This document shows, one piece after another, positions 29,320 through 38,691 of a stretch of DNA of 64,000 nt (its first letter is position 1; each line of letters begins with the position of its first letter). The notes beneath the pieces were generated by a model. The model worked only from the letters and a program-made list of their open reading frames with translations, ran no database searches and had not been told where the DNA came from. The DNA is from Sedimentisphaeraceae bacterium JB056. GTDB lineage: Bacteria; Planctomycetota; Phycisphaerae; Sedimentisphaerales; Sedimentisphaeraceae. The position numbers and the translations under genes were made by a program. The stretch spans positions 32,001-96,000 of the forward strand of contig JBITAJ010000011.1 of NCBI GenBank assembly GCA_044440125.1, read 5' to 3'.

Positions 29320-29939
29320 TACTGACAGTTTATATCATCAATATACAGGACCGTATAGGGATTGGGCTGTATGCCGAAAAACTTGGTCATAAAGCCTATC
29401 TTGCTTACGTTATCCCAGCCGTCGGGGGTTTCGTAATCATCAAAATCTACGAGATCGACGCTTACCTGCTGCCAACCGCTCCAGTCAATAGTGATATCGG
29501 TATAGTAAAAATCCTTACAGTCGGTAAATGTGCTGTCGCTCTCCACCATAAAATACATCTTTTCGCCCGTCGGAACTTCGGAATATATCCAGAAGCTTAC
29601 CGAGCTGTAGCTGCTCCAGTCCGTTTCTACATAATCAGTCGTCAAAGTCGGAAACTGGTTGTGCCTGGTCCATTTGAGCGAATACTGCCCCTGCTTTATA
29701 TACGATGTAGCGGGATTTCTTGAGATACCGTTGCGAAGCAGGTTGTATGAGCCTGATTCCACGATCTCGCACCGCAGCTCACTTAAAGTGAACTCCGAGA
29801 GGTCGGCTTCGGTAACCCATACATTTGAGGTTACTTCACAGTCCATTGCCTCCTGAACGGTAACCGCCATGATACATGCCGGCAAACACAGCAAGGCACA
29901 AAGAACTAAAACATATTTCATTTTTACATTTTCATTCAT
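29319..29939 (-). CDS. Secreted stand-alone CBM11/lyase-N-like domain protein
   Basis: Signal peptide after MNENVKMKY; YIKQGQYSLKW..DWSSY..IDWSGWQ..LYIDDI; paralog of the N-termini of 25030..26463 and 34693..37032. Start moved to 29939 (AAAGGTGG SD). Confidence 0.75.
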   Translation of the reverse strand: MNENVKMKYVLVLCALLCLPACIMAVTVQEAMDCEVTSNVWVTEADLSEFTLSELRCEIVESGSYNLLRNGISRNPATSYIKQGQYSLKWTRHNQFPTLTTDYVETDWSSYSSVSFWIYSEVPTGEKMYFMVESDSTFTDCKDFYYTDITIDWSGWQQVSVDLVDFDDYETPDGWDNVSKIGFMTKFFGIQPNPYTVLYIDDINCQ

Positions 29940-29980
29940 CACAAAACCACCTTTCAAAAAAATAATAAAACACAAAACGC

Positions 29981-31516
29981 CTAATTATCAAAATCAGGAG
30001 TAAGAGCAACTCTCCAACTATCACCTCCGTCATCAGTAAGAAGTATGGTCATATCAGAAGCTTGAGGATGGTAGAATTCATACTGCGCAGACGTGGAAGC
30101 AGCGGTTCCGACAGGTATCAGACCGCCTGTTTCAATGTTAAATTCTTTTTCAGTATGAAGCCACGTATTAATATATGAAAGATACTCATCCTTGAACACA
30201 CATATCTGCGGAGATTGTGAATAGTATGTCAGGCAGAGCTTTTCGGTAACCGGGTCGTAGGCAACTTTGTGTCTCCAGACTTTATAATAAGCCTTAAACG
30301 GAATAACCAGATGCTCGTTGCCTTCCCAATTTTGGCCGGCCTTTTTGCGGTGCATAGTGAGACGGAAATAATACCCCGGATCAGAACACCGCGTTATGAC
30401 ATAAAGCGTATCGCTGCTGTCGCAGTTCAATGAGCAATATGTCGTACCGTCGCTGATATCAACGGGCTGGCTCCAGTTTGAAATATTGTAGGTCTGAGTC
30501 GAATACGTGTACATAAACGGGTCGTGATGGCCGCCTATAACTACGTGGAGAATGCCGGTGCTGTCGATAGTTATTGCCGGGAAGTTGTGATTATCCTGGG
30601 AGTTGATACCGCCAAAGCCTATAAGAACGGGAGTACCGATCTGCTTTGTCGCTATGTCATACTCTACCGCGTAGGAGGGTACGCCGTCCTCCTGGGTATA
30701 ACCGGGGAGGGTAGTCATTTTGGCATAAACGATGTAGACTTTTCCGTTTGAAGTTATCGCCGGATTGCCGTCGCCGGAATGATAAGTAAACCCGATGCTG
30801 TCGGTATCAATCACAACGGGTGTGGGAATGACAAGACTGCCGTCGGGCTGCTTTTCCGGTATAGTGATATAGTTGGTGCAAGGGCTATAACCGCTTGAAA
30901 GCATTATGACGGGAGGACGGCTGAGACAATCTGCATTATGGCCGTCCCTTTTTTCGAACCTGGCAAAAGGATAGGGAAGTTTATAAGCAGTCCAGCTTTG
31001 CATATTGTCGCCGGAATGCAAAAGCAGGCCGACGTAAGCAGCGGTATTGTTCTCACGGGTGGTAAGAAAATGACACATCATATAAGCATCACCGTCATTG
31101 TCGAATCTTATGACCGGATCATTGGCCGAACCCTCGTTTCTCATCTCGAAATTCCTGAAGCCGAGAGTGTTTATCAGGTAGTCCTCTACAACATCGGTCA
31201 GATCAGAATATTGCCATTGCCCGTTTGCATCGAGCGATTCGATGATGACCGAGCCGTATTGTAGATAGGCCTTGCCGCTTTCATCAAAGCTCACATAGCC
31301 GGGCTGAAAACGGGGGTAATAATCTAATATCGCCCTCTCCGCTTTGAAGTACGGCTCATACTGGATCGGAGTTGTGATATCAGCCTGAGGATCGATCTCC
31401 GGAAACTGATGATTAAGACAGGAAGAGTCGAAAGGAACGACCGACTGCGTAAAGGCGCAAGCCGCCGATACAACTACGACCGCTATTATAAGTATCGCTT
31501 TAATTTTATTCAACAT
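29981..31516 (-). CDS. Secreted BNR-4-like beta-propeller, putative polysaccharide lyase
   Basis: Signal peptide; DNHNFPAITIDSTGILHVVIGGHHDP, TTY..R, Asp-box-like TDDGGDSW. Confidence 0.78.
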   Translation of the reverse strand: MLNKIKAILIIAVVVVSAACAFTQSVVPFDSSCLNHQFPEIDPQADITTPIQYEPYFKAERAILDYYPRFQPGYVSFDESGKAYLQYGSVIIESLDANGQWQYSDLTDVVEDYLINTLGFRNFEMRNEGSANDPVIRFDNDGDAYMMCHFLTTRENNTAAYVGLLLHSGDNMQSWTAYKLPYPFARFEKRDGHNADCLSRPPVIMLSSGYSPCTNYITIPEKQPDGSLVIPTPVVIDTDSIGFTYHSGDGNPAITSNGKVYIVYAKMTTLPGYTQEDGVPSYAVEYDIATKQIGTPVLIGFGGINSQDNHNFPAITIDSTGILHVVIGGHHDPFMYTYSTQTYNISNWSQPVDISDGTTYCSLNCDSSDTLYVITRCSDPGYYFRLTMHRKKAGQNWEGNEHLVIPFKAYYKVWRHKVAYDPVTEKLCLTYYSQSPQICVFKDEYLSYINTWLHTEKEFNIETGGLIPVGTAASTSAQYEFYHPQASDMTILLTDDGGDSWRVALTPDFDN

Positions 31517-31535
31517 ACGATTAGCCTTATTTCTT

Positions 31536-32837
31536 TCAGTTATTATCTTTATCCTCCGGCTCCAGCGCCCAGAGACGGAAGTTGCGGTATCTGCCTATTG
31601 TCGGCTTCATCTGGCGGAAACCGATCTTGCCGTCGCCGTAGGCTTTGCCGTAACGTTCGGGCTGCTGATCTTTCCAGTCCAGACATATCCTGCCGTTGCC
31701 AAAGAGCTGAATTCTGTTGCCGTCTTTTATCAGGCGGATATGCTGCCAGCCTTCAGCTCCGGGTTCTATCGCTACCGGCCCGGAACCCACGCGGTAAAAC
31801 TTATTATTCTTTCTGAGATTGGAATCGGGCCGCCCCATCTGGAAGTTTTCTATATTGGCAAAATAGGAGACATGATAGCTGAGTATATCTCCGAAGATGT
31901 AATTAACAAACCTTCCGTCGCGTTCATTCAGTGAGGGGGCGAATATATCCTCGCCGTTCTCACCCTTAGCCGCGAAAAAAACTATCGCCAGTCCGTAATA
32001 CGACAAAGGCTCAAACTCCCATTCGGCGATAAAGCTTTCAGGAAAGTCCTCTGGGCACCAAAAGACGATATGCTCTTTGAAATCCGCCGAACGCATCAGC
32101 ATGCATCCGTCCTTGAAACTGACATCGACCGGGCCTTCTTTGACCCAGCCCTCAACGGCTTTCTCACTGTCGAGCAGATTTTCATAGATAAGCCCCCCTC
32201 TTCTGCCGACAAAATCTATCGGTTCAGGTACCTTGCCGAAACCGGTAAGCGAGGCATACTCACCGTAGAATTCAGAGGGCACTTTGGCTGCTATCTGATC
32301 GGCAGGAGTATAATCGCAAGTAATATTCACATCAGTAACTTTAAGACCGCCTTGCCCGACAACTGCCTTCTCCGCCTGCCCGTCAACCCACCATGCTTCA
32401 TTCCTGACGCCTGGAAGTCTCAGGGGCCGTCCGTTGAAATAGCCCTGCGCAAAACCTCCGGCGCTGTTCCAGGTATACTGCAGGAAAAAAGTCTGCGGCC
32501 CCGGCAACTCGGTAAAGTCAGTCATCAGGCCCGCGTAATGGATATCTTCATCTCTGTCCCATACCCAGACAAGATTTATCACCTGATCGGTTCTCCTGAA
32601 ATATATTTTGTTCACGCCGGGCAGCTCGACAAGCAGTTGCTGATAATCAGCCTGCCCCTGACCGTTAAAATATTTTTTATCAGTATGGAGCTTAAAACTT
32701 ATCGTTCCCGACTGACTGACAGGCTTCTTCAAGTCTATGACAGTGCTTTGAGTCTGTGCATCTGCCGCGACTGCCGAATAGCATAATACCGAAAGCAGCA
32801 GGCTGATAAAAAATGTATGCTGTAAATATCTTAACAT
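31536..32837 (-). CDS. Secreted DUF1961 (YesU-like) family protein with an extra N-terminal domain
   Basis: Signal peptide; GWVKEGP, HIVFWCPEDFP, GLAIVFFAAKG, YHVSYFA, NLRKN, GKIGFRQM. Confidence 0.8.
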   Translation of the reverse strand: MLRYLQHTFFISLLLSVLCYSAVAADAQTQSTVIDLKKPVSQSGTISFKLHTDKKYFNGQGQADYQQLLVELPGVNKIYFRRTDQVINLVWVWDRDEDIHYAGLMTDFTELPGPQTFFLQYTWNSAGGFAQGYFNGRPLRLPGVRNEAWWVDGQAEKAVVGQGGLKVTDVNITCDYTPADQIAAKVPSEFYGEYASLTGFGKVPEPIDFVGRRGGLIYENLLDSEKAVEGWVKEGPVDVSFKDGCMLMRSADFKEHIVFWCPEDFPESFIAEWEFEPLSYYGLAIVFFAAKGENGEDIFAPSLNERDGRFVNYIFGDILSYHVSYFANIENFQMGRPDSNLRKNNKFYRVGSGPVAIEPGAEGWQHIRLIKDGNRIQLFGNGRICLDWKDQQPERYGKAYGDGKIGFRQMKPTIGRYRNFRLWALEPEDKDNN

Positions 32838-32853
32838 AAATCACATCCTGAAG

Positions 32854-34671
32854 TTAAATACCGCTAATCTCTGCTTCTTCGATCCTGCCGACATCTGAAT
32901 AAGCGGCAGCTTCTTTAACTTTATTGATAGCCAAAGCCTTCCTTCTCAGAAGGAAACCAATAACCAACGGTATAGCGGCACAGAAAGCGAAACACAATCT
33001 TCCGGAAAAATCGTTCGGTATAATCATAAATAGCAAGGTAAAAAAACCGTAGATGATACACAGCAATCCAAGAACACGGTACTGTCTTTCATCGTTGGTT
33101 TTTATATTTTCTTTGACATGGTCGATAGGAGTATTCACATCGGTAAAGAAATCATCCACCTGCTTTTTATAGTCGGTGTCGGAGTCTTCGTAAAATAAAG
33201 TCGTAATACAGAACCATACGCTTGAAGTAACCGTTACGGCAATGACCGTCATCGCCCAGGAAGCATCGAGGCTTTCACCTGGACTCAAAGGTTCGCTCCA
33301 GCCCATCATGCGAGTTATAAGCGAAGGGTCGAAAAAGAGCTTGATCGTCCAGGCGGCGACAAGGCCCACCAGAACCGTTGACCATGCAGACCAAGAGGGA
33401 GTCTTTTTAATTAATATTCCCAGGAACATCGGTATGACCATAGGAAAACCAATGAGCGAGCCGACCACCAGCACAAGTTCGAACAATCCGAGGGTTCTGA
33501 CCTTGCTCGTATATAATCCGCCGATAATAATAATCGCACCGAATACGACCGTGAAAATTTTACCCATAAGCAGCAGTTCGAGTTCATTGGCCTTGGGCCT
33601 GATTATCCTGCTGTAGAAATTACGTATGAACACACCAGAATTCATATTCAAGGCACTGTCCATGCTTGACATTGTGGCAGCGAAGATACCGCAAGCCAGC
33701 AATCCTATCAAGCCGCGAGGCATCACCTTCATACATATCGCAACATAAGCGGCTTCATTAGGCTGGGAAAGATCAGGGAACTGAGCAGCAAGGTCACCAC
33801 AAACAATCCTCGATGCCATCGCAGGAATCAGCCATATAACCGGCCCCACCAACATACCCACAATAGTAATAACCGCAGCACGACGGGCATGATTACCGTC
33901 CTTTACTGTCAGAAATCTCGCTGCCCCGTTGTTGAGAGAATTGAGAACCAGAAACTGGCTTACCATTATCGCAATCACCCACAAAACCAAAATCGGACCT
34001 CTTCTAATCTGCGTCCAATCGAAATGCGCGGCGGGCACCTGTTCGATCAGCCCCGTGATTCCGCCGACCTCAGGAAGCCTCAGTGTCAGAAATGCTGCAA
34101 CCATAGTAATCCCGACAATTATAAGCATCTGGACAAAATCACTGGCTACAACCGCCCAGGCACCACCCGCAACGGACATAAAAACAACAACAACTCCAAC
34201 CACAAGTATTGTCAGTTCCATACTTAAACCAAAAACCGACGCAATAAAAACACCAATGGCATTCATTGCGATAGAGCCCATCAACAACCCCATAACTACC
34301 TGCATCCACACGTACAACTGCTGGTTGAACCTGCCGAAACGTCTTTGTACCGCTTCCACATAAGTAATAACACGCATTTGTCTAAACCTGTAGCAAGTAA
34401 AGAAATAAACGAAAACACTTGCTATAGCATTGGCAAAGAACAATACCAGAGCCATTGTTCCGGTGTCATATATTTTTCCCGCCGCGCCGGTAAAGGTCCA
34501 CGCGCTGAATATCACCATAAAACTCGAAGCACCGGATAACCACCAAAGCATGCTTCCACCACCTCGAAAATAATCACTGGTATCGGAATTATATTTTCTA
34601 AATACTATGCCAATCACCAGCATAAATATAAAATAAAACCCTATAACAAGATAATCGTAAATACCTATCAT
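32854..34671 (-). CDS. Sodium:solute symporter (oligo-uronate transporter ToaA-like subfamily)
   Basis: SDYFRGGGSMLWW..FSAWTFTGAAGK and GIFAATMSSMDSALN, as recalled for Vibrio alginate-oligomer symporters. Confidence 0.9.
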   Translation of the reverse strand: MIGIYDYLVIGFYFIFMLVIGIVFRKYNSDTSDYFRGGGSMLWWLSGASSFMVIFSAWTFTGAAGKIYDTGTMALVLFFANAIASVFVYFFTCYRFRQMRVITYVEAVQRRFGRFNQQLYVWMQVVMGLLMGSIAMNAIGVFIASVFGLSMELTILVVGVVVVFMSVAGGAWAVVASDFVQMLIIVGITMVAAFLTLRLPEVGGITGLIEQVPAAHFDWTQIRRGPILVLWVIAIMVSQFLVLNSLNNGAARFLTVKDGNHARRAAVITIVGMLVGPVIWLIPAMASRIVCGDLAAQFPDLSQPNEAAYVAICMKVMPRGLIGLLACGIFAATMSSMDSALNMNSGVFIRNFYSRIIRPKANELELLLMGKIFTVVFGAIIIIGGLYTSKVRTLGLFELVLVVGSLIGFPMVIPMFLGILIKKTPSWSAWSTVLVGLVAAWTIKLFFDPSLITRMMGWSEPLSPGESLDASWAMTVIAVTVTSSVWFCITTLFYEDSDTDYKKQVDDFFTDVNTPIDHVKENIKTNDERQYRVLGLLCIIYGFFTLLFMIIPNDFSGRLCFAFCAAIPLVIGFLLRRKALAINKVKEAAAYSDVGRIEEAEISGI

Positions 34672-34692
34672 TTAAAATCCTCTAAGAAGTTG

Positions 34693-37032
34693 TTAATTGC
34701 TCAGAAAGTCACCGGTTGTTGCTATCTGCCATCCGCAGTCTTTTTCATTATAAAACATAACCGTCATATCCGAAGTACCGCTCGTAAACATCGGAGCACC
34801 CTTCTGCGGCAAACCGGCGTTATTCCCCTTTTGCCATTGAGGGGCATCTTCGGGGAATTTCTTATCATAGTTCACGGTCATTTCCTGTTCAGATTCGGGC
34901 CATATAAACCTGCAGAACAGGTAATCCGGCTTCTTCAACTGCTGCTGGGCGCTTTGCTCGTAGAACGCTGCAAAGAATCTGTCCTTAGCGGCATCGTAAG
35001 CGACTCCATGCCGCCATACGTGATACGCGTCCTTGTACGGAACAAGCAGGCTCTTCTCCTGCGACCATGGCCCATCGGCGGGCTTGGTCATAAAAGATAT
35101 CCTGTGGTTATAGAAATCGGTATCGCTGCGGAAGGCCGTTATCAGATTATCATCGGCATCGCAGTTGAGTGATGGGTAAGTAGCCCTGTTGTACTTATCG
35201 CTATCGGGAGCTTTGGTGAGATACACCGGTTTGCTCCATTGGGTTATGTCGCCCGGACGCAGTGAATGGGTATACAGCAACGGATCGATATGACCGCTTA
35301 TGATAACGTGCAGAATGCCTTTACTATCGACGGTAATAGCTCCCCAGTTGTGGTTGTCGAGTTTCTTGCCGCCAAATCCCAGGAACACATGTTCGCTGAG
35401 CTCACCGGTTTTCCTGTTGTACGCCGTGATAAAGCAAGGCAGGCCGCCTTCGGCTTTGACAGTCTTATCCCTGTCGGCGAGTTCCATATCACGAGCGGGA
35501 TGATCGGCGGGAATCTCAGGCAGAGTGTCTTTCCAACTGTCAACAGGCTCGGCGCTCATGGCGTCCGTCGGCGAAACGCCTGGTGCCGGGGGCGGCATGG
35601 TGCTGTACTGAATGAATATCATATCGCCCTGGGTTATGGCAAAGTTGGCCTTGCCTGAATGAACCGGGCCCGCCAGCGAATTTTTGGCATAGCATATTTT
35701 ATCGTCAAGGTTGATTTTGCCGTCATCCGTTTTCTTCGGCAAAAGCAGATACCCGTCATGGTCGGCATCGGAAAAGTAAAAATAATCGGTTAAGAGGATC
35801 ACCGGTGGATTGTTCAAAGCATCCTGATTGTGCCCATCGATCTTCTCGAAGCATCCCAGTCTGCCGGGCAGCGAATACACCTGCCAGCTGTCTTTGACGT
35901 TTTCGGCATAGAGCAGCAGAGTGGCCCTGTCTTTCCAGCTCGTCTCTTCGCCGTTTTTATCGAGCCGGCTGACGGTCTCCATAACATAGATGCCGCCGTC
36001 ATTGTCAAAGCGGATAGTTCTGTCACCATGCAGCGAGAGCTCCACGCCCTCCCAGCCGTTCTGGACGGCAAAATTTCTTACCGCTTTTTTCAAATCCTTC
36101 TTATGCCATTGACCCTTTTCATCGAGCCATTCAACTGCTCCTGCACAATGGATGAATGGTCTGCCCTCAGGGGCGAAGCTGACGTAACCGGGGTCGTATT
36201 TGGGGTAATAGCCGTGCAAAGCCCTTGCGCCCTGAAAATAAGGCTGCTGTACCAAAGGCTTTCCTGCTCCTATCGGTTCGGCAACCTCTTTTGAATCATG
36301 GTTGAGCATCACAGGTTCATCGCACGACTCCGACATCTTAAATATAAAGCTCTCCGGCTCGTCCTGCAATATATTATCATCGCGAACGCTTTTTTTGCCG
36401 CTTGCCTGCATATCATCAAAATACAATACCGCGGAAGGATCGGGGCTCCTGCGGCTGTTTTTGGAAAAGAAGAACAAACCCTGCGCCCGGCTCCAGCTTT
36501 GCGGCTTGCCGATACTGCCGAAATTATCCGTATTGAAGGAAAGTCGCTTCCAGCCGGTCCAGTCAAGTTTGAATTGGGCTATCCAGTAGTCAAGATAAGG
36601 GGTATTGGGATTATCCGCCAGTACCGCGAAAGTTATTTCATTTCCCGTATTTTTTTCTGAAAAACACTCGAAGGAAAAGTTTTTGATCTTCGACAAATCC
36701 CCTTCTATCTCATAACAAGCTATGGTTGGATATTTATTCAACTGCGACCACTTGAGAGAGTAGTTGCCCTGCTTGACGTTCTTATCGGATAATTCCGCAC
36801 CGTAAGCCAGCTCTTCAAACGTAACCCCGGGTGTAACCCAGTCAACCCGTTTCTGCTGCTTTTCGAGCCGGGGCATATACTCATCTTTTTCCTGCATAAA
36901 CATCTTTGGAGCAGTAACCCAGCATTTTTCATTCTCAAAAACATTCTCAATCTCAGAAAGAGATGCTGACTGAACTTTCAACGTCAAAGATACGACTGCA
37001 AGTATTATTATATTTAAGGTCTTTATTCTCAT
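34693..37032 (-). CDS. Secreted protein: CBM11/lyase-N-like domain fused to a BNR-4-like beta-propeller
   Basis: Signal peptide; NVKQGNYSLKW..LDWTGWK..LYFDDM, then DNHNWGAI..SGHIDP and ATYPSL..FR. Confidence 0.8.
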   Translation of the reverse strand: MRIKTLNIIILAVVSLTLKVQSASLSEIENVFENEKCWVTAPKMFMQEKDEYMPRLEKQQKRVDWVTPGVTFEELAYGAELSDKNVKQGNYSLKWSQLNKYPTIACYEIEGDLSKIKNFSFECFSEKNTGNEITFAVLADNPNTPYLDYWIAQFKLDWTGWKRLSFNTDNFGSIGKPQSWSRAQGLFFFSKNSRRSPDPSAVLYFDDMQASGKKSVRDDNILQDEPESFIFKMSESCDEPVMLNHDSKEVAEPIGAGKPLVQQPYFQGARALHGYYPKYDPGYVSFAPEGRPFIHCAGAVEWLDEKGQWHKKDLKKAVRNFAVQNGWEGVELSLHGDRTIRFDNDGGIYVMETVSRLDKNGEETSWKDRATLLLYAENVKDSWQVYSLPGRLGCFEKIDGHNQDALNNPPVILLTDYFYFSDADHDGYLLLPKKTDDGKINLDDKICYAKNSLAGPVHSGKANFAITQGDMIFIQYSTMPPPAPGVSPTDAMSAEPVDSWKDTLPEIPADHPARDMELADRDKTVKAEGGLPCFITAYNRKTGELSEHVFLGFGGKKLDNHNWGAITVDSKGILHVIISGHIDPLLYTHSLRPGDITQWSKPVYLTKAPDSDKYNRATYPSLNCDADDNLITAFRSDTDFYNHRISFMTKPADGPWSQEKSLLVPYKDAYHVWRHGVAYDAAKDRFFAAFYEQSAQQQLKKPDYLFCRFIWPESEQEMTVNYDKKFPEDAPQWQKGNNAGLPQKGAPMFTSGTSDMTVMFYNEKDCGWQIATTGDFLSN

Positions 37033-37067
37033 TGCTGTTCCCGGATAAAGTTGTTCAAATTATTTTT

Positions 37068-38642
37068 TCAATATTTGGGATATAGGTCATCCCAGTGCTT
37101 ATCGCTGCTGAGCACCGGTCTTTTCATCTGACTGAACCATTGTTTATAGTTCTGCTTAAGCTGGTGCAACATTTTTTCGTAACTGCCGTCAGAATTTTTA
37201 AGCAGGTCATTTTTCTCGCTGCTGTCCTTTACGACGTTGTACAATTCATAACGTTCCAGATGCGGCCAATACCTGAGCATATAATCGCCTTTACGAACTG
37301 CCCAGCCCACCGGGCTGCTGCCCCTTACATCAATATCCTCTTCTTTTGCATCTTTTCTGGCCGACTTGCCATACAATCCAAAATAATTGCAATGCTCACC
37401 GGCAAAAAACAACTCCTCATGCACATCAAAGTCTCCATTATTCAACGCCGGAAGCATATTTTTTCCATCAACATTAAGCTCTAAAGGTATCTTACTTCCG
37501 GCAGCTGCAATAGCGGTAGGCAGTATATCCATGGAGCTGACAAGCCCCCTGTAAGTCTTGCCGGCAGGCAGTCTGCGTGGATACCTCACTATCATTGGTG
37601 TTTTAACTCCACCTTGCCAAAGCTGTCCTTTATTGCCTGTAAGCGGACCCGCCGCCGGAAGCGGCACTTCCCTATCACCGGCAGGTCCGTTATCGCTCAG
37701 GAATACAAAAAGTGTATCCTTATCAAGACCAAGAGTTTTGAGCTTATTCATTATCGAACCAATACCGTCATCCAGGGCGGCAACGTAAGCATTGAAATTA
37801 TTTGCCCTATGACTGCCAAGATCAAATCTCTTAAGATATTTTTCCGGCGCATCCTCAAAAAGCGGGTCGTGAACGGCATTGTAAGCCACATAAAGAAAGA
37901 AGGGATTATCCTTTTCGCGTTCTATGAAATCGATCGCTTCTTTGGTAATGGCGTCGGTGGTGAACTGCTTGACCTGCACCTTTTCATAATTCCTGTACCA
38001 GTGGTCGGGATTATAATAAACGCTTGTGGAATGATTGAAGCCGTAATAGTAGTCGAAGCCCCTTTTAAGCGGGTGCTGTTTTTTTCTCCGCTCGGGGTCC
38101 TTGACATATTTGGGAATATCAAACTGCTGAAGATGCCATTTTCCTATAACTCCGTTGGTATAACCGACATCTTTGAGAACATTGGCAAGACAGTATTCAT
38201 CAAGCGGGAGTCCTATCCGGTAGCCCACGTCCAGATTGCAGTAGGTGCCGTATCGCTGGGGATATCTGCCGGTCATTATGGCCGCCCTCGATGGGGCACA
38301 AAGCGGCAGAGGCACGTATGCTTCGCTGCATCTTACGCCTTCGGAGGCTATGGCGGTAAGGTGCTTTGTGCTTTCCCTGGCCGCCTCCATCGCCTTATCG
38401 ATATCATAAGTAGGGTCACCGTTGTCGATATCCCGCTGCACGTACTCCATATTCAGATCGGCAGCGGTGTAATCGGCCATATTCGCGCCAAAGTGGCCGT
38501 AACCAAGATCATCGACAAGAATCAGAACAATGTTAGGCTTGCGGTCAGATGCCGATGCCCGGATATTTGACAAACTGCATCCTGCCGTTACAGACAAGCC
38601 GCATGCTCCGGCATATTTTAGAAAATCTCTTCTATCAAACAT
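37068..38642 (-). CDS. Cys-type sulfatase (S1, YdeN-like), Tat-exported lipoprotein
   Basis: DRRDFLK..TAGC; DDLGYG..IDKAMEAARESTK..CAPSRAAIMTG, GKWH. The insertion before the FGly motif resembles enterobacterial YdeN. Confidence 0.92.
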   Translation of the reverse strand: MFDRRDFLKYAGACGLSVTAGCSLSNIRASASDRKPNIVLILVDDLGYGHFGANMADYTAADLNMEYVQRDIDNGDPTYDIDKAMEAARESTKHLTAIASEGVRCSEAYVPLPLCAPSRAAIMTGRYPQRYGTYCNLDVGYRIGLPLDEYCLANVLKDVGYTNGVIGKWHLQQFDIPKYVKDPERRKKQHPLKRGFDYYYGFNHSTSVYYNPDHWYRNYEKVQVKQFTTDAITKEAIDFIEREKDNPFFLYVAYNAVHDPLFEDAPEKYLKRFDLGSHRANNFNAYVAALDDGIGSIMNKLKTLGLDKDTLFVFLSDNGPAGDREVPLPAAGPLTGNKGQLWQGGVKTPMIVRYPRRLPAGKTYRGLVSSMDILPTAIAAAGSKIPLELNVDGKNMLPALNNGDFDVHEELFFAGEHCNYFGLYGKSARKDAKEEDIDVRGSSPVGWAVRKGDYMLRYWPHLERYELYNVVKDSSEKNDLLKNSDGSYEKMLHQLKQNYKQWFSQMKRPVLSSDKHWDDLYPKY

Positions 38643-38691
38643 TTGATTCCCGACAATTCATTCTTTACAATTATTATCTACTACCACAATA

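Noticed and set aside
37614..38570. 318-aa plus-strand ORF and many similar antisense ORFs across 15.6-44 kb
   Set aside because: They lie opposite well-supported genes and are explained by codon bias.
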